Below, one piece after another: positions 25,399-34,561 of a stretch of 64,000 nucleotides of DNA. The DNA is from Gammaproteobacteria bacterium. GTDB lineage: Bacteria; Pseudomonadota; Gammaproteobacteria; Pseudomonadales; Halieaceae. The stretch is taken from positions 4,526-68,525 of the forward strand of contig QNFR01000002.1 in assembly GCA_003646405.1 (NCBI GenBank). The letters are read 5' to 3'. Within the stretch, counting starts at the first letter, position 1. Each line of letters opens with the position of its first letter. The position numbers and the translations under genes are program-made. The notes beneath the pieces were generated by a model. That model was not told the DNA's origin. It saw nothing but the letters and a program-made list of their open reading frames with translations, and did no database searches.

Positions 25399-28161
25399 AT
25401 GGAGTACATTATCGGACAACGCTGGGTTAGTCATGCAGATGCACAACTCGGCCTTGGCATTGTCGTAGAACTGGAGCCTCGCAGAGTCACACTGGCCTTC
25501 CCGGCGGTCGGGGAAGAGCGCACCTACGCCACCGACAACGCCCCCCTCACCAGGCTGCGCTTCAAGGCCGGCGACCATATTTCCACCGTGGATAATGTGG
25601 AATTGCTGGTTACCGAGGTGCATGAACAGCAGGGTTTATTGATCTACGCGGGTATCGACCACCATGACAAAGAGCTCACTATTTCCGAACTGGAACTGGA
25701 CGCTTTCGTACAGCTGACTACCCCGCAACAACGCCTGCTCAACGGTCATTTCGACACCAACGACGAATTCGCGCTGCGCGTCGCGACATTCATGCACGCC
25801 GACAGGTTGCAACGCTGCAGCGCCCGCGGCCTGATGGGCTCGCGCACCAACCTGTTGCCACACCAGATCTACATTGCCAACGAGGTAGGCCAGCGCCATG
25901 CACCCCGCGTGCTGCTGGCGGACGAAGTGGGCCTGGGTAAAACCATCGAGGCGGGCATGATTATTCAGCAACAGATGCTGACCGGTCGGGCATCGCGCGT
26001 CCTGGTACTGGTGCCCCCCAGCCTGTTACATCAGTGGCTGGTAGAAATGCTGCGCCGCTTCAACCTGCACTTCTCCCTGTTTGACGCGGATCGCCTGGCA
26101 CAAATGCCCGAGGGCAACCCCTTCGAAGCGGAACAACTGGTGCTGTGCAGCCTGGACCTTTTCGAGTCCAGGCCCGAAGTTCAGACACAGGCCCTGGCGG
26201 CCAAATGGGATCTGGTGACCATCGACGAAGCCCACCACCTGCACTGGTCGGAACAGACCGTGGGTGAAGATTATCTGTTTGTGCAAGCCCTGGCCCGACA
26301 AACCGCCGGCCTGCTGCTGCTCACCGCAACACCGGAGCAGATCGGCCAGGCCAGTCACTTCGCGCGGCTGCGCCTGTTGGATCCGTCCCGCTTCCACGAC
26401 CTGGAGAGCTTCCGATTGGAAGACCAGCAATATCGCAAGTGGAGTGCGTTGACCGACGCTCTGGAAGCCGGGGAGAAACCCGATGAACTGCCAGCAGGCC
26501 TGGACCCCGAAGCGCCCACCGCGACGATTATCGAGCAAATACTGGACCGGCACGGTACCGGACGGGTGCTGTTTCGCAATACGCGGGCCGCGGTAAAAGG
26601 CTTTCCCCACCGGGTACTGCACCGCCATCCTCTGCCGATCCCGGAACAATACGCCCACGCCCAGGTGGGACTGGACGAGCGACTGCATCCCGAGCTGCCC
26701 TATATCGATGACAGCTGGTTATCGTTCGATCCGCGTGTGCAATGGCTGGAAGATACGCTCAAGCAACTACGCCCCGCCAAGGCATTGGTTATCTGCGCCC
26801 ACGCGGACACCGCGGTAGCACTGGAGCACCACCTGCACATGCGGGCCGGCATTCGCTCCTCAGCCTTTTATGAAGGATTGTCGATCATCGAGCGAGATCG
26901 CGCCGCCGCCTATTTCGCCGATGAGACCAACGGCGCCCAGACCCTGGTCTGCTCGGAAATCGGCAGCGAAGGCCGCAACTTCCAGTTTGCCCACCACCTG
27001 ATTTTGTTCGACCTGCCGATGAACCCGGACCTGCTGGAACAGCGTATCGGTCGCCTGGACAGGATCGGGCAGCAGTGCGACGTGGAGATTCATGTCCCCT
27101 ACATGGCCGGAACTGCACAGGAAACCCTGCTGGACTGGTACGACCGCGGCCTGGACCTGTTTCGCGACAGCTGCTCCGCGGGTTACATGATTTTTGAGAC
27201 TTTTCGGGAGCGTCTACTGCCGCAGTTGGAACAGCGCACGGATGAGTTTGACAGTTTACTGGTGGACAGCGCTGAATTTACCCTGAAAACCCGAACGGAA
27301 CTGCGCGAGGGCCGCGATCGGCTACTGGAGCGCAACTCCTGCAAACCCGAGGTCGCTGCGGCCCTGATTGAGGAAATCATCGCCAACGAAATGGGCAATA
27401 GCCTGGAAAACTACCTGGAAACCCTGTGCGAAGCCTTCGGTGTTGACCAGGAATTTCACTCGGAGCAGACGCTGATATTGCGCCCCTCCGAGCACATGCT
27501 CACCGGGCACTTCCCCTACGTGCACGAGGACGGCACCACAGTCACCTTCAGCCGCGACAAGGCCCTGGCCCGGGAGGACATGGCGTTTCTCACCTGGGAG
27601 CACCCCATGATCGTGGAGGCCATGGATATGGTGCATTCCACGGAACTGGGCAACGCCGCCATCGGCAGCATCAAGCTCAAAGGCGTGGCGCCGGGCACCA
27701 TGCTGCTGGAAGCGCTCTATACGGTGAACTGTGTGGCACCGAGCGTCCTGCAGGTAGAACGTTTTCTGCCCCTGAGTCCCATGCGCCTGCTGGTGGATGC
27801 CCGCGGCAAGGACCTGGCGACACTGGTGCCCCACGAGCGACTCAATAAGCTGATCGAGAAGGTCAAGAAACACACCGCCCTGGCGATCATTAAGCAGGTC
27901 CACGCCGAGGTGGAGGCAAAAATGATACTGGCCGCCACGCGAGCGGAGTCGCAGCTACAGGACATACTGGCGAAAGCCGAGCAGCGTATGCGCACAGACC
28001 TGGGCGCCGAGTTAGCTCGCCTGGAAGCACTGCGAACGGTGAACCCCTCCATCCGCGAGGAAGAACTGGACCACCTGCGCTACCGTATTGAGGAATGCGC
28101 CATCCACATCCGGCACGCCAACCTGCAACTGCAGGCGCTGCGTTTGATCATCACCACCTGA
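25399..28161 (+). CDS. rapA: RNA polymerase-associated SNF2 ATPase RapA (HepA)
   Basis: 920 aa. N-terminal GQRWVS..LGLG tudor-like region, LLADEVGLGKTIEAG (motif I), DEAHHL (motif II), helicase C motifs. Confidence 0.92.
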   Translation: MEYIIGQRWVSHADAQLGLGIVVELEPRRVTLAFPAVGEERTYATDNAPLTRLRFKAGDHISTVDNVELLVTEVHEQQGLLIYAGIDHHDKELTISELELDAFVQLTTPQQRLLNGHFDTNDEFALRVATFMHADRLQRCSARGLMGSRTNLLPHQIYIANEVGQRHAPRVLLADEVGLGKTIEAGMIIQQQMLTGRASRVLVLVPPSLLHQWLVEMLRRFNLHFSLFDADRLAQMPEGNPFEAEQLVLCSLDLFESRPEVQTQALAAKWDLVTIDEAHHLHWSEQTVGEDYLFVQALARQTAGLLLLTATPEQIGQASHFARLRLLDPSRFHDLESFRLEDQQYRKWSALTDALEAGEKPDELPAGLDPEAPTATIIEQILDRHGTGRVLFRNTRAAVKGFPHRVLHRHPLPIPEQYAHAQVGLDERLHPELPYIDDSWLSFDPRVQWLEDTLKQLRPAKALVICAHADTAVALEHHLHMRAGIRSSAFYEGLSIIERDRAAAYFADETNGAQTLVCSEIGSEGRNFQFAHHLILFDLPMNPDLLEQRIGRLDRIGQQCDVEIHVPYMAGTAQETLLDWYDRGLDLFRDSCSAGYMIFETFRERLLPQLEQRTDEFDSLLVDSAEFTLKTRTELREGRDRLLERNSCKPEVAAALIEEIIANEMGNSLENYLETLCEAFGVDQEFHSEQTLILRPSEHMLTGHFPYVHEDGTTVTFSRDKALAREDMAFLTWEHPMIVEAMDMVHSTELGNAAIGSIKLKGVAPGTMLLEALYTVNCVAPSVLQVERFLPLSPMRLLVDARGKDLATLVPHERLNKLIEKVKKHTALAIIKQVHAEVEAKMILAATRAESQLQDILAKAEQRMRTDLGAELARLEALRTVNPSIREEELDHLRYRIEECAIHIRHANLQLQALRLIITT

Positions 28162-28353
28162 TCAACCGGGGGCAGCCCGGTCTTTGGCAAGAGCCCTGGA
28201 CTTGAAACACACACTCCCGCAAAGGGTACTGCCAACTACCTCTCCCGGGAGACAACCCCCAGGGTAGGCATGCTCCCGGCCCAGCCGCTCCCGGTCCAGC
28301 TTGCAAATCAAACACCTTTTAGATACTTTTGTAATATTCTATATAATTTTTGT

Positions 28354-29304
28354 ATGCCTTACATGTCACAACCCTTTAATTTGCATCAGATAAACAGCTT
28401 TCTCACTGTAGCCAAATGCGGCAGTTTCACCCGGGCGGCCATCCTGCTCAACATTGCCCAGCCCGCGCTTAGCCGCCAGGTACGCCTGCTTGAAGAGTCA
28501 CTTGGTGTTGAATTGTTTGTCCGTCACGGGCGTGGTGTGGTGACTACCGCAGCGGGACAACTGCTACAGACCCGTGCCACTCACCTGTTGGAGGAAGTGG
28601 AAGCGACCGCCAGCGCTGTATCGGCCATCGCCGGGGAGGTCACAGGGCAGGTTATCTTCGGCCTGATCCCATCGGTGGCTCACTCCATGGCTGGCGACAT
28701 CGTGCAACGGTTTCGTGAAAATTTTCCCAGGGTGTCGCTGGTCGTGGAATCCGCCATGAGCGGTACGCTGCAAGAATTGACAGAACAAAAGAAAATCAAC
28801 CTAGCGATTACTTACGAACCCTATCAGCGACGTAATCTTCGCTGCACACCGCTGATGGAAGAGCGGCTTTATTTCATTGGCCCAGCCCAATGCCCAACTG
28901 CGAGCGCGGCCGAAATTTCTCTGCAAGACGCCCTGCAATTCCCCATGGTATTGCCCGGCAATAACCACGGTCTGCGTATTATGATAGAGAAGGCCGCCGC
29001 ACAGGTGCGCCTACCGGTGTTATTGGACGCAGAGATAAATACCCTGGCCCTGCAGCTTGACCTGGTACGCCGGGGTCTTGCCCACACCATCTTGCCGCTG
29101 GCGACTGTATTGAGAAGCGTTAAGCGGGGCGAAATGACGGCCTGCCCTATCGTATCCCCCGCGCTGACACGCAAACTGGTGTTGGCCACTCCCGCCGACA
29201 GACCCACTTCGGTGGCCAGCATGCGGTTACAACAACTGGTTGAACAGGCGGTCCACCGGCAGGTCGCCAGCGGTGAATGGCCGGGAGCTCAGATCGGGCG
29301 ATAA
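28354..29304 (+). CDS. LysR-family transcriptional regulator
   Basis: Internal ATG chosen (MPYMSQPFNLHQINSFLTVAKCGSFTRAAILLNIAQPALSRQVRLLE). The upstream part of the ORF lies in an AT-rich promoter-like region. Confidence 0.85.
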   Translation: MPYMSQPFNLHQINSFLTVAKCGSFTRAAILLNIAQPALSRQVRLLEESLGVELFVRHGRGVVTTAAGQLLQTRATHLLEEVEATASAVSAIAGEVTGQVIFGLIPSVAHSMAGDIVQRFRENFPRVSLVVESAMSGTLQELTEQKKINLAITYEPYQRRNLRCTPLMEERLYFIGPAQCPTASAAEISLQDALQFPMVLPGNNHGLRIMIEKAAAQVRLPVLLDAEINTLALQLDLVRRGLAHTILPLATVLRSVKRGEMTACPIVSPALTRKLVLATPADRPTSVASMRLQQLVEQAVHRQVASGEWPGAQIGR

Positions 29305-29420
29305 CGACTTTACCTCAAAACAACTGTACGAGAAAAACACGCCTACAGATGTTTCTGCGGAGAAATTTTCTCAAAATGTTGCGCGTATATCGATAGGCAC
29401 TAATTAAGCCCGGCGCCGCT

Positions 29421-30086
29421 CTAACAACCCGCCTTTCGATTGGTTTTAAAGCGCTTTCTCCTGCAGTTGTCCGTCGTTTCTGTTGCTTCCACTGCAGGCT
29501 CGCTGGCTACCGGGTCGGCAGCAGCGGCAGGCGGCGCCGACGCGCCCGCTGTGAATCCAGACATTGTGTCATCAACCGCGGCATCAACTGTGGCAGCACT
29601 GCTCCCAACTACAGCCGCCTGCGTTGCAGTGATATCAGCAACCACTTCATGCACTATGGCATTGGGTACGGGTACACTCAGGTTGTATTGGGCGATTTTC
29701 CAATCCATGCCGGACTTTACCAATACACCACTGCTGCGGCAAAAACCCAGGCCCTCGTTGTGCAGCGACTCGTCAAACCAGGCGGTCTGCCCATCGTCTG
29801 CGATAGTGATGTTGCGTGCCATGACAGTATAGGTCCAGCCGCGGCCCGCAGCGAACCGGACTCGCACAAAATCACGAAAGGCCTGGCCCTGCCAGCGCTC
29901 ACTGCCGTCAGTGCCCAGAAAAACGACATCTTCAGTCATGGCCGCGAAGTAGCTGTCTATATCCGCCCGCGCCGCCGCCTGGTGAAAATCATCGAGAGTT
30001 TGCGTCGACCGCGCCTGTGAATCTGCCTGCGCCACAGAACCCAGCACCATGAAAATAGCGAGAATCATCCGGTTTATGTTTGTCAC
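29421..30086 (-). CDS. secreted SnoaL/NTF2-like fold protein with Ala-rich C-terminal tail
   Basis: GTG start. Signal peptide MILAIFMVLGSVAQA/DS. The core (FHQAAARADIDSYFAAMTEDVVFLGTDGSERW) resembles DUF4440/NTF2-like proteins. Low-complexity tail. Confidence 0.6.
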   Translation of the reverse strand: MTNINRMILAIFMVLGSVAQADSQARSTQTLDDFHQAAARADIDSYFAAMTEDVVFLGTDGSERWQGQAFRDFVRVRFAAGRGWTYTVMARNITIADDGQTAWFDESLHNEGLGFCRSSGVLVKSGMDWKIAQYNLSVPVPNAIVHEVVADITATQAAVVGSSAATVDAAVDDTMSGFTAGASAPPAAAADPVASEPAVEATETTDNCRRKRFKTNRKAGC

Positions 30087-30096
30087 AATGTCGGCC

Positions 30097-30510
30097 TTAT
30101 CTGGTATAAAAAATCACCCCCACCCGCTCAATATGTTCAAGCAAATCAGGCTTATCTATCTGATGGCATATCGATAATCCAAGCTCACAGGGAAGCAATA
30201 AATCATCCAGCTGCATCGCGACGGCATTCAACTGGTATAAAATTAACGCCCCACCCACCAGCGTCAGATCAATATCAGAACCAGGATTGTAGTTGCCCGT
30301 AGCACGAGAGCCACACAATACAGCCTTTTGAACATCAGGGTAAGTCTCTGGTGTACTGCGTCCGTACAACGCCCGCACCTTCCTCAAAGGCCACAAACGC
30401 CTGGCGAACGAGAATTCTGAACTTAAGATCGTAAAAATTGATTGGCCAATTTTTGGCCCGGTTAGACTAACACCGGCATCGATATTGGTAGATAATTCAT
30501 GGCTAAGCAT
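30097..30510 (-). CDS. minimal nucleotidyltransferase (MNT/Pol-beta superfamily) protein; start uncertain
   Basis: CGSRATGNYNPGSDIDLTL is the GSx10-11(D/E)xD nucleotidyltransferase motif, and LDDLLLPCELGLS..IERVGVIFY is a typical MNT C-terminus. The listed ATG gives a ~40-aa extension that overlaps the divergent acyl-CoA ligase start. Confidence 0.7.
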   Translation of the reverse strand: MLSHELSTNIDAGVSLTGPKIGQSIFTILSSEFSFARRLWPLRKVRALYGRSTPETYPDVQKAVLCGSRATGNYNPGSDIDLTLVGGALILYQLNAVAMQLDDLLLPCELGLSICHQIDKPDLLEHIERVGVIFYTR

Positions 30511-32211
30511 AATCCTTACCAGGCAGGCTCCATGATCCCACTGACCCAGAGTTATTACAGCGGTGCGTCAAACACCCAGATTATCTACCAGACCATTGGG
30601 GACTATCTGGACCACATTTGCGCGCGTTTCCCCGACAATGAAGCACTGGTGGTGCCGCACCAGAATGTGCGCTGGACCTATGCCCGGTTCAAGCGTGAAA
30701 TCGACCGACTGGCCACCGGTCTGCTGGCCCTGGGCATACAACAGGGGGATCGGGTGGGCATCTGGGGGCCCAACAGCTTCGAGTGGGCGCTGGTGCAATA
30801 CGCCACCGCCAGGATCGGGGCCATCATGGTGTGTATCAACCCGGCCTACAGGCTGCACGAACTGGAATACGCCCTGAACAAGGTAGAGTGCCGCTCCATT
30901 GTCACCGCGGAGAGTTTCAAAACCAGCGAGTACCTGACGATGCTGCAGGAATTGGCGCCAGAGCTGGCGAGCTGTATGCCGGGCAAGCTCAAAGCACAAA
31001 AATTTCCACACCTGGAAACGGTTATCCGCATGGGGCAAGACGCCACATCCGGTATGCTGAATTTCTCCGATGTGTGTGACATGGGAACAGCTACGGAGTA
31101 TGCGCAACTGGATCAAATCAAAAGCACACTGCGCCCGGACGACCCGATCAACATCCAGTTCACCAGCGGCACCACCGGGTCGCCCAAGGGCGCTACGCTG
31201 ACCCATTGCAACATTCTTAACAACGGGTATCTGTGTGGCGTCAGCATGGGGTTCACCGACCAGGACCGGCTGTGCATACCGGTCCCCCTGTACCATTGTT
31301 TCGGTATGGTTATGGGCAACCTGGCCTGTCTGTCCCATGGGGCCACAGCCATTTATCCGGCTGCATCGTTTGACCCGGTAGCAACACTGCGCACCGTACA
31401 AGAGGAAAAATGCACAGGCTTGCACGGTGTGCCCACCATGTTTATCAACGAGTTGGATCACCCTCGGTTTGGTGAGTTTGATCTGTCCACACTACGCACC
31501 GGTATTATGGCCGGCGCGCCCTGCCCGGTTGAAGTCATGAATCGGATTATCGGCGATATGCATATGGAGGACATCCTGATCGGCTATGGCCAGACCGAAA
31601 CCAGCCCGATCAACCACATGACTCTGCCCGACGATTCCATAGAGAAGCGCACCGGGACAGTTGGCCGCGCGGTACCCTGGGTGGAGATAAAAATCACTGA
31701 CGAAAACGACCGCGTGCTGCCCATCGGTGAAAAAGGTGAAATCTGCGTACGCGGCTACTCGGTGATGCGCGGTTACTGGGACGACGAAGAGCGCAGCAGT
31801 GAAACCATAGACACTGCCGGCTGGTTGCATTCCGGCGATCTGGGTGTCCTGGATGGGGAAGGCTACATGCAGGTAGTCGGGCGCATCAAGGATATGGTTA
31901 TCCGCGGTGGCGAAAACGTCTACCCACGGGAAGTGGAGGAATATCTCCACACCCATGCAAAAATCGCCGAGGTGCAGGTATTCGGTGTCCCCGACCCGGA
32001 AATGGGTGAGGAAATCTGCGCCTGGATACAGCTATACCCGGGTGAGTCCATGAGCGCAGAACAGCTGAAGGATTTTTGCCACGACCAGATTACGCATTTC
32101 AAGATCCCGCGCTATGTGCGCTTTGTGGATGAGTTTCCGATGACCATCACCGGCAAGATCCAGAAGTTTGTGATGCGCGAGCAGATGGAGGCGGAGTTGG
32201 AGCCGGGTTAG
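30499..32211 (+). CDS. AMP-dependent acyl-CoA synthetase/ligase
   Basis: 570 aa. AMP-binding signature FTSGTTGSPKGA, GYGQTE, KIQK near the C-terminus. Confidence 0.85.
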   Translation: MAKHNPYQAGSMIPLTQSYYSGASNTQIIYQTIGDYLDHICARFPDNEALVVPHQNVRWTYARFKREIDRLATGLLALGIQQGDRVGIWGPNSFEWALVQYATARIGAIMVCINPAYRLHELEYALNKVECRSIVTAESFKTSEYLTMLQELAPELASCMPGKLKAQKFPHLETVIRMGQDATSGMLNFSDVCDMGTATEYAQLDQIKSTLRPDDPINIQFTSGTTGSPKGATLTHCNILNNGYLCGVSMGFTDQDRLCIPVPLYHCFGMVMGNLACLSHGATAIYPAASFDPVATLRTVQEEKCTGLHGVPTMFINELDHPRFGEFDLSTLRTGIMAGAPCPVEVMNRIIGDMHMEDILIGYGQTETSPINHMTLPDDSIEKRTGTVGRAVPWVEIKITDENDRVLPIGEKGEICVRGYSVMRGYWDDEERSSETIDTAGWLHSGDLGVLDGEGYMQVVGRIKDMVIRGGENVYPREVEEYLHTHAKIAEVQVFGVPDPEMGEEICAWIQLYPGESMSAEQLKDFCHDQITHFKIPRYVRFVDEFPMTITGKIQKFVMREQMEAELEPG

Positions 32212-33551
32212 CCAACGACCGTGGAATCACCCTGATCTCGCGCAATTCTGCCACGCCCTTCATCGACGGTTAGCAGCAACAGCAAACCGCCAACAAAAAA
32301 GGCCAGGGTGGAAAGCAGGGCAAAGCGATGATTGCCCGCACTCAATTGGCTGATTATGCCGTAGCTCAATGGCCCCAGGATGGCGGCGGCCCGGCTCGCC
32401 AGGCCCCATAGTCCGAAGAACTCGGCGCTGCGTTCCACCGGTGTCAATTGCCCGATCAGGGCTCGGCCGCCGGCCTGGGTGGCGCCCATCGCCAGGCCCA
32501 TCAAATTTCCGGCGAACCACAGGTCGGCGGGTTCATCGGCGAAGAACGTTACCGCTATGGCCGCCACCCATACCAACAGACCTGCCGCCAGAGTGGGTAC
32601 GGAACCAAAACGATCCTGGGCAAAGCCAAAGGCGAAGGCCCCTACAGCCGCAGTAAAATTTACCACCATAATTAAAATAATGAGCTGCTGAGTGTCAAAA
32701 CCCATGACTTCCTGGGCATAAATTGCGGCGATAACCACAACCGTCGCGACCCCTGATTGATATAAGGTCAGACAGGCCAGAAATCGAAACAAGTCGCGAT
32801 GATGCGCGGCGCTGGCCAGGGTCTTGCACACTTGATCGAAGCCGATTTGTATATAGGATCTACCCACCGGCAGCGGCAGTGGTGTGGCCCGCTCTCGCAG
32901 CCAGAGGAACGTTGGCGCGGCGGCCAGTGCAAATATGGCCGCGGTTACCAGCAGTGTTACGGGAACATAATCAGCCGCTCCGTACCCCTGCCCACTGGCC
33001 CGGTTGATATAGGCGAGACAGATGCCCAGCGTCAGCAGGCCGCCGAAATAACCCAGACTCCAGCCATAACCTGAAACGCGACCCATGTTATCGCTGTGGG
33101 TTATTTCGGGCAGGAAGGCGGCGATCAGGTTTTCACCAGCGGAAAAAGCGACAGCGGAGAGAATCAGCAATGCCATTCCCAAGACCACTTGCCCCGGGCC
33201 TGCGAACGCCAGCAGTGCGGTGGACAGCACGCAACAGACTGTGGTGAACAACAGGAACTTCTTTTTTGTCGCCCGGTAATCCGCGATAGCCCCGACCACC
33301 GGCGCACTGACCAGAACACAGAAATTGGCGATGGCAATCGACAGGGTCCACAGCAAGGTAGCGGTGCCCGCAGACATTGTCGTCGCGCTGCCGGCTACCA
33401 CCGCGACAAAATACGCACTGTAAATCGTAGTGAGAACCACCGTGGTGTAACCCGAGTTGGCAAAATCATAGAAAGCCCAGGCCCATATTTCACGCCTGCC
33501 AGCGTAAGTACTGGTTGGCTGGCTGGAACTCTCGATACTGGCATTACTCAT
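32208..33551 (-). CDS. MFS transporter (UMF1/Atg22-like family)
   Basis: 447 aa, about 12 TM. N-terminal WAWAFYDFANSGYTTVV is typical of the UMF1 family. Confidence 0.8.
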   Translation of the reverse strand: MSNASIESSSQPTSTYAGRREIWAWAFYDFANSGYTTVVLTTIYSAYFVAVVAGSATTMSAGTATLLWTLSIAIANFCVLVSAPVVGAIADYRATKKKFLLFTTVCCVLSTALLAFAGPGQVVLGMALLILSAVAFSAGENLIAAFLPEITHSDNMGRVSGYGWSLGYFGGLLTLGICLAYINRASGQGYGAADYVPVTLLVTAAIFALAAAPTFLWLRERATPLPLPVGRSYIQIGFDQVCKTLASAAHHRDLFRFLACLTLYQSGVATVVVIAAIYAQEVMGFDTQQLIILIMVVNFTAAVGAFAFGFAQDRFGSVPTLAAGLLVWVAAIAVTFFADEPADLWFAGNLMGLAMGATQAGGRALIGQLTPVERSAEFFGLWGLASRAAAILGPLSYGIISQLSAGNHRFALLSTLAFFVGGLLLLLTVDEGRGRIARDQGDSTVVG

Positions 33552-33631
33552 GACGTTATCCGCATGTGGCTAACACTTTTACACTTCAAGCGTTACTATT
33601 GCCTCCCGGACCGGACCAGGCAAGCGCTGGG

Positions 33632-34426
33632 ATGCGACTTCTGCTACAAAACGTGATGATGAAAGCTGTCGACTGGGCAGTGGCGAGCATTCCACAGCCG
33701 GTGCCAGATCAGGTCGCCTTGCGTCACTGTAAGATTATTTCACATCGGGGCGAACACGATAACATCTCGGTCATTGAAAATACCCTGCCTGCCTTTGACA
33801 ATGCAAGAGCCAATGGTGTTTGGGGTATAGAATGCGATATCCGCTGGACCGCGGATCTGGTCCCCGTCATCTGTCACGACCCCTGTGGCCAGCGACTGTT
33901 TGGCAATCGGGCCAGGGTCGGCGAGCTTTCCTTTACCGACCTCAGAGCGCAAATGCCACTAATCCCGTCTCTGACGGAGTTGGTGGGTGAATTTGGCAGT
34001 AACACCCACCTGATGCTGGAAATCAAAGCGGAGCTCTACCCTCAGTTGCAGCGACAGAAGGCGATCCTGCGGGAACAGCTCTCGACATTATCACCGGGAC
34101 TGGACTACCATTTTCTGGCGCTGGATCCGGAGTTGTTTACCAAGGTGGATTTTGTACCGCGCAACGTCTGCCTTCCGGTTGCGCAGCTCAATACCTCGCG
34201 CTTGAGCCGGGCGGCTCTGGCAACGCGGTGCGGCGGCCTGAACGGGCATTATCTCCTGCTCACTGACAAACTCAGGCGACGCCATGAACTGGCTGGCCAG
34301 CGCGTTGGCGCCGGTTTCATCCGCTCAAAAAACTGCCTGTTTCGGGAGCTTAACAGAGGCGCCGAATGGTTCTTCAGCAACGATGCGGTCAAGCTCCAGA
34401 AAATCCGGGATCGCTATCTGCAGTAA
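33632..34426 (+). CDS. glycerophosphodiester phosphodiesterase family protein (start uncertain)
   Basis: IISHRGE..ENTLPAF..GIECDIRWT.D..PVICHD, the GDPD catalytic motifs. Confidence 0.75.
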   Translation: MRLLLQNVMMKAVDWAVASIPQPVPDQVALRHCKIISHRGEHDNISVIENTLPAFDNARANGVWGIECDIRWTADLVPVICHDPCGQRLFGNRARVGELSFTDLRAQMPLIPSLTELVGEFGSNTHLMLEIKAELYPQLQRQKAILREQLSTLSPGLDYHFLALDPELFTKVDFVPRNVCLPVAQLNTSRLSRAALATRCGGLNGHYLLLTDKLRRRHELAGQRVGAGFIRSKNCLFRELNRGAEWFFSNDAVKLQKIRDRYLQ

Positions 34427-34561
34427 CCGTTCTCGTTGGACAACAACATAACAGCGGTCAGCGGGTCTCGCCAAATGCGGCACACACCCGCCGGGAGTCC
34501 AGATCATCGGTGCCCATACAGTGCAGATCCAGTTTGACAGGTCGTAAGCCAATAATCGTGG

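Noticed and set aside
28164-28186. Hairpin AACCGGG-GGCAG-CCCGGT after the rapA stop, considered as a terminator.
   Set aside because: The stem is short and is followed only by CTTTGG. It is too weak to call.
29421-30510. MNT plus the downstream gene as a toxin-antitoxin pair.
   Set aside because: The downstream protein has a clear signal peptide and an NTF2/SnoaL-like core, not a HEPN toxin. No Rx4-6H motif was seen.
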